From Bugula neritina (lineage: Eukaryota > Animalia > Bryozoa), in contig OZ037768.1 in the NCBI GenBank assembly GCA_964035545.1, positions 19,451,700-19,515,699 of the forward strand: a stretch of 64,000 nt of DNA, in the 5' to 3' direction. Positions 49,368 through 64,000 of the stretch are shown piece after piece. The stretch's first letter is position 1. Every line of letters starts with the position of its first letter. The notes under the pieces are model-generated. The model was not told where the DNA came from. It was given only the letters and a program-made list of their open reading frames with translations, and searched no databases. The position numbers and the translations under genes were made by a program.

Positions 49368-52300
49368 TTAAAGTCCTTGATTTACCATCTTTAAAAATGC
49401 TTCTATAAAGTCTCTTCTCCATTCTTCACTATTTCTAGCATAGATTTTCACCTGCAGGTAATATTGAAACTTGGTGTAAGCATTTATAAACATAGCAACT
49501 TTACATGCTCTTTGAAATTAGCTAATTCACCAAAACTTGGAAACCAGCCATAGACAATCAGCTTTCCTCTTACTGTGTATTGGCATAACTACCTAATTTA
49601 TGCATCAAATTACACCAGAAAGCTTTGTAGAAAGTTACTGACAGATCTAACAGGGTTAAGAAATAATACACTCAGCATGCATACTAAATATTGCCAATTT
49701 TGCAGTAAAAGCATGCGCATGAAAAACAGTGTGTCATATAACTCATACTAATTCTAGTTTATGCTGATGGTATATTTAGAAACGTTCACTTCGACATGTT
49801 TTGTCATCGGTTTAAAATGTTATCAAGTAAATCTGGTTTTTCTGATTTCTTTATGAAACTGAATATTTGGGTATTAGCATTATTTAGAAAAAAATAAATT
49901 CCAGAACTTTTTATCTGGTGAATTTTGCAGTTGCAAAGCTATACCCTAAATAATCATACAATAGATAAAGTTCTTATGTTTACACCCTGATATAATTAAT
50001 ATTATATATACAGCAGAGTATGCTCTCAGTATTTGCACACAAGTCCTCTACAATGCTAGTTTACCTGCGATGCATCAGAGGAATCTCTACAGCTCTTAGA
50101 GTTCAAACAGGATGGTTGGTTATTAGCAATAGAGAAGTCCTTGAAGAGAGCTAGATCACTGTTTAGCATCATTCTACTGTCATCACTCTCAGTAGCGTTC
50201 CATTGGTGTTTCCTGCCGTGTACATGTTGTAAAAACTCTTACTTATTCATTAAAAGATCAATTAAGACATGAGGTGACCAACTTCTTGATTATATAGATA
50301 CAAGGCAGTAGAGTTCTATGTTATAGTTATGTTACAGTTCTGTATAATATCTACATACATATACATTGTATATAACACCGATTAGAAATAGCCTGTTTAA
50401 GTCATATTCCCCTTCAATGTGCTGCATATAGATTGAAAAATAATTGCCCCCACTGGGAATCGAACCCGAGACCTCTGGCTTGGAAGCAAGTGTGCTAGCC
50501 ATTACACCAGGGGGACCACTAGGTAAACTCAACACTACATAGATCAGTGAATTACTATGGTGCAAGCAGTTTGTTTCTCAACATACCCTGAGACAAGTGT
50601 TGACTTCCAGTCAGTTCCAACTAAACTTTTATAGTAATGATTGTCAAGTATTAGTTCCGTGTTGTCCCACCTTCCAGCAAATCCCGAGTTCTCCAGGCGA
50701 CATCTGCCCACTGAATGTGCACCTAAAGTCAGCATGTAGTCCTTTCCAGACAGCATTCAAATCAAGTTTGATTATGATATAATGTAGTCAAGGCTTAGAC
50801 TTACATTCTAGTGAACAACAGCATTATGTAAATATATCTTATTTTTCTGTTTTAAAGTTTGTGGAATGTTAACTTTTTGTATACAAATGAAACTGCTACA
50901 AAAGCAATATATTCATAATATAATTATAACAATATACTAGGCCTATATTATTAATTTATTGTATATTCACCCAATAAAGCTATTGCTTGTTTTCGGCTCA
51001 AACCAAATTCTGCTACCAGATGGGCCACGTCGTCTGTTTTATCTCCCTAAAATAAATATAATACAACATTAGTTGTCAATGTTTCAAGTTTGTAAGGATG
51101 GTGCTACGAAAATATTTAGCAGGTTTTTTAATCTAGCAGCAAAGAGTTGCTTCATGATAAATACAGCTCTATAAAAATATCTTAATTAATGTGTTTCACT
51201 ATTTATAGACATAATAATGCGATTTTTGCTACTATTTGCAACAAGCCTTTTTTTTAAACATTCATAAGCTCAGACTGGATATTATATTAATCTGACAGGT
51301 TAATCCAGATAAAGATGATCTATTTCCAGCCCAAAACTCACTTCAAGTGATAATATCAAAAGTTAAAGCCCAACTAAATAACTTGGAGAAGAAAATTTTG
51401 ATCCTTTACAAAAGAAGGTTGCCAAACAATAGTTTGCTGTTAAATATTACTATTGTAATATAAATAAAAATAATAGTAATTTGTATGTTGAAGCACAAGT
51501 TTTTAATCTGCAACTTAGTTTTTAGCAGGAATAATTATTTGACGCCCTCTTAGCCCATCAAGGATGTAAATACATAAATTGACAGTAGTTTTATTTTTTT
51601 TACTTTGTTTTTGCTGCATTTCAAAATCGGTTGTTGTTTGAAACTGATTATTTAACTCTAAAGTGATCAAGTTGTGAGCCTAACTTACGTGAGGGAAGAC
51701 CAGCTCTCTGTTGTAATTGTCCGGGTCTCCGCATGTCCTCCTCCCACTAGTAAATGGTACGTTAACTGTCTCAGAACCCTCTGCAAAAGTGGTTTTATAC
51801 ATTTGCAATGAATATCAGAGCTATAAAACTGATAGTGTACATGTACGTGCACTCTCTAACTTAGTAAGTTAATAAATATATAAGATGTATGTTTTTTTGG
51901 AAAAGTCATTCTTATACTTGGGATGGATTTTAAAAACTTTTAAAAGAAACTGTCAAATATTGAAGTATTATGTAAAGTTTAGAAGAACCCGTTACCCGAA
52001 CAGGAAAAAGCGGAGATAGGTGAGAAATGGGAGAAATGCAAAGTTTAGAGGAATAATATAGTGTACTATCAGTGTAAGTATAGTATCTACTGACCTTCCA
52101 TCTCCATGCTTATCTTAATAGCCTCAGATGCCATGAGTACAATTGTGTCTGCTAGGGTGAGGATGCTGGCATGGGGCCCCCAAAACTGTCTGACTGCAGC
52201 ATAAGTTCCTCTCAAACCTTTATTATATTAAGCATTGTGTTACATCATATCATATTACATAATACTATATTATAATATACTATATTATGTTATAATACAG

Positions 52301-55167
52301 GATATTATAGTCTATAATATTATAACTTACTTTATATATTATATTATGCCATATTATAGTCTATTACATAACATCATAATTTAAATTATACTATATTATG
52401 TTATGTTATATAACTGTGTTGTATTATATTATACTACATAACATCATATTATATACTTTATTATAATATAATGTATTATGTCATTGTATTATAATATTGC
52501 TGTTATTATATATTATATTATATTATATTACATTATATTATATTATATTGTGGCAGCTACAGCAGCTGATGGGCTTCACAGATCATAATATAATCTTAGA
52601 ATGTTGCTATAGCTTTGGAGTTACTGTCACAATAGAATAGTTTTTAAGTAAAAAACATCTGGCAGCACTCACTACACATGCTTTAGTTACACTAACTACC
52701 TTCACTTTAACATGAATTGTAGCACTTCGTCTCAGGTAGGCTTAAGTATTGCTTATATTAATTGCATTTGTTTTTTTGTTTTAAATATCTACCTGTTTTA
52801 TTGCACGGTGTAGAGTAGTATGAAGGAGATTCTTAAAATAAAGCATATAATATTCTTTTAGAATAGAATATTGTTTAAAGGAAGATGTTATGGAATTGTA
52901 TTTATTTAACAAGCTTCTATGCCCTATGGAAATGACTAGATGCACAGGACACTACCTCTATTGGCTGGCTCTTCCTCATTGATACACCCGTCACATCCTC
53001 CAATACAGGTGTGGAATACCAGCTGTAGGAGGTTTGGGATCATTTCGTGCTACAAAATTATAACTTGTAAAGACTTCACAAATGTGAGTTAAATGAGTCA
53101 CCTTATGACTAATAAGCTAATATTTTATTTAGCCATTAAATTACATACTCAATAAAAATTAGTGATCATTAAATCTAATAGACTGTGCTTCATTAAACAC
53201 AGTCTTTGAAATTAGAATGAGCATAAACATTATATCCAAATGTGAAAGTTCGTTTTAATTTGTAATAATCTGTTTTATGTTTGATTTAATTATTTTCAAA
53301 TTTACATCATTATTAATGAAGACTTTTATGGCATTTCTCAGCTGTTCTACATTTTCAGATTGCCTCATTTGAAATGGTGATCTACTGCCCGTCTCTGTTG
53401 GTGAAGTTGCAGCTGCAGCAAGAGTCCTTCCACACAGACCTGTAACAGTTAATAGATATTAGTACTTTATATCTGGTGACCAGAGCTGCTTTTATATCTC
53501 AGGAACAAAGCAACACCCTGCGATTTACATGCGGTTTAAAATATTTTGCACTGCACTAGCTTCCTTCATATTGTGTTATTTAATAGACTCACAATATTAC
53601 AGTGTGTATTGATATACTTATGTTAGCTGTTTTATTTTTTTTATCTATAAGAGATCTAGAACATTTTACTACATTTAAATAAGAATACTTTTTTAACATT
53701 GCAAATTTTAGCCTTTATCATCCTGTGATAGTGCTATAGTGTACATACAAAGAACATACTATTATTAGCTATATAACATTTTAGTTTTATCATAAAACAT
53801 GCTGGGAGAGGAAACAACGATTACAAATAAAATATGTAAAATTTTTAATTTTTTTGTGCAATTAGGATTAAAAATATATAAAAGAACTACAGCTAATTAG
53901 CTAACATCAGAACATGAACTTGTCAGTCAAAGCAGTAGAAGTGTTCCATTATACTCTTAGTAAACTGTGCAAACTTGCTAGAGCTAGTATTTCTAACACT
54001 TAGATCCGGGAATTTTGCTTTGGCTTGGGTTTCTATTTTCGGTTCAGCTTCGAGTTTTTACTGCTTTATTTTGCAAGTTAATAACTTCTCATGCTACAAA
54101 TTTCTGTTCAAACTAATGTTGTTTAACGAAACTGGTTCTGCTCTCATCTCAATATTTAAATACTCACACATACACATGCACATGCTCAAGCAGTAAACAA
54201 TAAATAGAAACAGTGGTGCACAGTGCATTAAAATAAAGAAACATGTTAGACTTTCCTCATATACTGTTGTTTTTTATAAATCAAATTTGATCCACTTCTA
54301 GCGAAGGCTGAAAAATACCTGATTAATTTGCAATGGTAAAGAGTTTTTGCGTTACCTCTTCTTTGTTGCCGTCTGTTACAGCGTCTCTGCGTAGGTCTGG
54401 CCCTCGTAGCCTGCATCCCGGTTGCTGGACTCGCTCTCCTACCAAAACTTGGAAATGGCCTAAATGTGATGGGCTCAAAGTTGAAAAACCGGTTTTGAGG
54501 GAAATTTGAGGAAAAGCTGGCAAAGAAATCAGAAGATGGAATTATTCTCCTAAAAGAAAAGTTTAATCTGTAATAATATATTATAGTATGTTAGTAAACA
54601 GTGTACATTATATATAAACTTGTAGTAAATAGCACACTGATAGGATATGTCCTTGTAGACAAATACACTAAATAATACACTAGCATGTGATATACGTATA
54701 TAGTAAGAGCTATATATGCTATAAGGTATTGCACAGCACATAGCTAAGTACATATATCCAGTATATACTAGAAGGTGATGGACATGTGTATACATATATA
54801 GAGTAAATAGTATATATTAGGTTATCAATACCCTTGTTGAGATGATACTTTGACTGCTAAGGTGATAAATAGCACCAGAATGGCAAGTTTATTCTACAAC
54901 AAATGGTAAAATTGTATCACACAGTGCACTAAATTGCCATACAGTGAATTGTATTGTCATACAGTGCACTATACTATAGTACAGTGCAATATAATTTATT
55001 GTCATACAATGCATTATATTGGAAATTCAACCTGCATAGTGAAACAATGTACCCGAGCGTGATTTTGTATAAGATGATACCGAGAGCTCAAAATTTACCA
55101 AAAATTTTGTTTACAAAACTATTTTTAAACTTTCACTTTCACTACTCACCCCGAAGTCCATGGCCAT
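49368..55167 (-). CDS. Secreted heme peroxidase of the peroxidase-catalase (non-animal, APX/CcP-like) superfamily, 11 exons, ~386 aa
   Basis: Exons 55167-55150, 54893-54832, 54549-54356, 53439-53306, 53049-52956, 52217-52095, 51780-51689, 51046-50971, 50722-50587, 50212-50065, 49451-49368 join with consistent phases: signal peptide MAMDFGNKLAILVLFITLAVKVSS; LLQLVFHTCIGGCDGCIN..NRGL; LTLADTIVL; VPFTSGRRTC; proximal ALLGAHSVGRC..SGFAGRW; LDNHYYKSL; MMLNSDLAL; WRRDFIEAFLKM. Confidence 0.88.
50444..50517 (-). pseudogene. Degenerate tRNA-like sequence (tRNA-Gly(TCC)-like pseudogene or SINE head) in a peroxidase intron
   Basis: GTCCCCCTGGTGTAATGGCTAGCACACTTGCTTCCAAGCCAGAGGTCTCGGGTTCGATTCCCAGTGGGGGCA: intact box A/B but mispaired anticodon and T stems. 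Confidence 0.6.
52240..52550. repeat. Degenerate (ATATT)n low-complexity repeat
   Basis: 5-bp periodic AT-rich tract. Confidence 0.85.
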
Positions 55168-55587
55168 GCTAAACCCCAACACCACGTAAATGTTTTGTTA
55201 ATAAAATACACCTTCTCAGTTAGCTCACACCACTCCTATGCTTCACCAGCAACTCAAGGGGCTCTACACTTTACACTAGATATATGCATACCTGGTGGAT
55301 ATTATAATTAATGTGTGATTAGATGTTTCAAAACTCTTTCTTAGCAGCCACTGGCACGAGACGGCATACGTTGAGTTCTGCTGAGATTAATGTGTAATCC
55401 ATTTCCTGTTATCAAGAGCAGGACAACTAGTGCCTACCCTCTCCCTATCTGAAACATCAATCAGGACTTCTCTACCTCAAACCTTACCGTCAAAATGTCA
55501 AATATTAATTAAGTTTTGCAGTTTGGTTCCTAGGCAGTGCCTTAACCTTAGACATATTTTAGCAGTATGTTTCCATAGATCATAATG

Positions 55588-55797
55588 GGAGCAGCTGTGG
55601 TGTATGGGGTTAGAGTGCTGACTTAGTAAACATGAAGTAATGGGTTCGAACCTCAATAAGACCATTGATGATGTTAGAAAGAGCATCCAGTTATAATTGC
55701 TCCTGTGCCCCATCGGAATAAGTCTTTAGCCTGCTTTAAAAAGAAACCCTTTCCATCAGGGTTTCTCACAGGGCTAGTGACTATAAACTTGCGTGAG
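55588..55797 (+). mobile_element. Second copy of the tRNA-derived SINE
   Basis: Aligns end to end with 42033-42243; diverged TSD TTTCCATAG(A/G)TCA..ATG on both sides. Confidence 0.85.
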
Positions 55798-56199
55798 TTT
55801 CCATAGGTCACGATGAAATGTATCTATAACATGTATTTGATTAGATTTACAAAAAGATCATATATTTACACACAATTGTACCTATTGGTCTCTGTCGGGC
55901 CTGAACATGCACTTGTCAATATTAGTAATCAATATTCTGTCAAAACACTTGGTACTGTCATAATTTGATTTAGTTATTTGCTCAGTTCCTGATGTATAGT
56001 TTTCCATTAATCTGTTTGTTTGCAATTTCTTGTCCTGTAGCAGTTGTTTCAGAATATTTTAGATTATTGATTGTATTGTTTAGAAGTTATTGAGAAATCA
56101 CAACATACATGTAGATGCAAATGAACACACACAGTGTAACTAATCCTGTATACATTCCAGTACTTTGGTCATGAAATTAATCATCATTTATCAGTTATA

Positions 56200-64000
<7,801 letters not shown>

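Noticed and set aside
50444-50517. Functional tRNA-Gly(TCC)
   Set aside because: Anticodon and T stems mispair; treated as a pseudogene or SINE head.

Overview
AT-rich, intron-rich animal (invertebrate bilaterian, plausibly lophotrochozoan; inference) genomic DNA, not prokaryotic; most ORF-track entries are exon fragments or repeat artefacts. Manual splicing supports seven protein genes: 3' part of ARMH3/C10orf76 (+, <1-7168); PTRHD1 (-, 7410-8336); a 165-aa orphan (+, 21995-23210); an SH3-WW-PH-RhoGAP of the ARHGAP12/15/27/9 group (-, 23853-41404); SIRT5 (+, 45349-48297); an 11-exon secreted 'non-animal-type' (ascorbate-peroxidase-like) heme peroxidase (-, 49368-55167); and the 5' part of a CNBD2-like gene (+, 56200->64000). 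A miR-9/miR-79 hairpin (-, ~13306-13388) lies in what looks like the last exon of a spliced non-coding host transcript. Also present: tRNA-derived SINEs with TSDs, a truncated LINE, MITE/foldback families and many minisatellites. Most notable: the peroxidase, whose distal catalytic Arg is Gln and which carries a prohormone-like N-terminal segment with an amidation signal; minisatellites that multiply real splice sites in ARMH3 and the RhoGAP; an Rbfox-motif-flanked 30-nt microexon; and a SIRT5 apparently lacking a mitochondrial presequence. Exon coordinates were counted by hand and may be off by a few bases.
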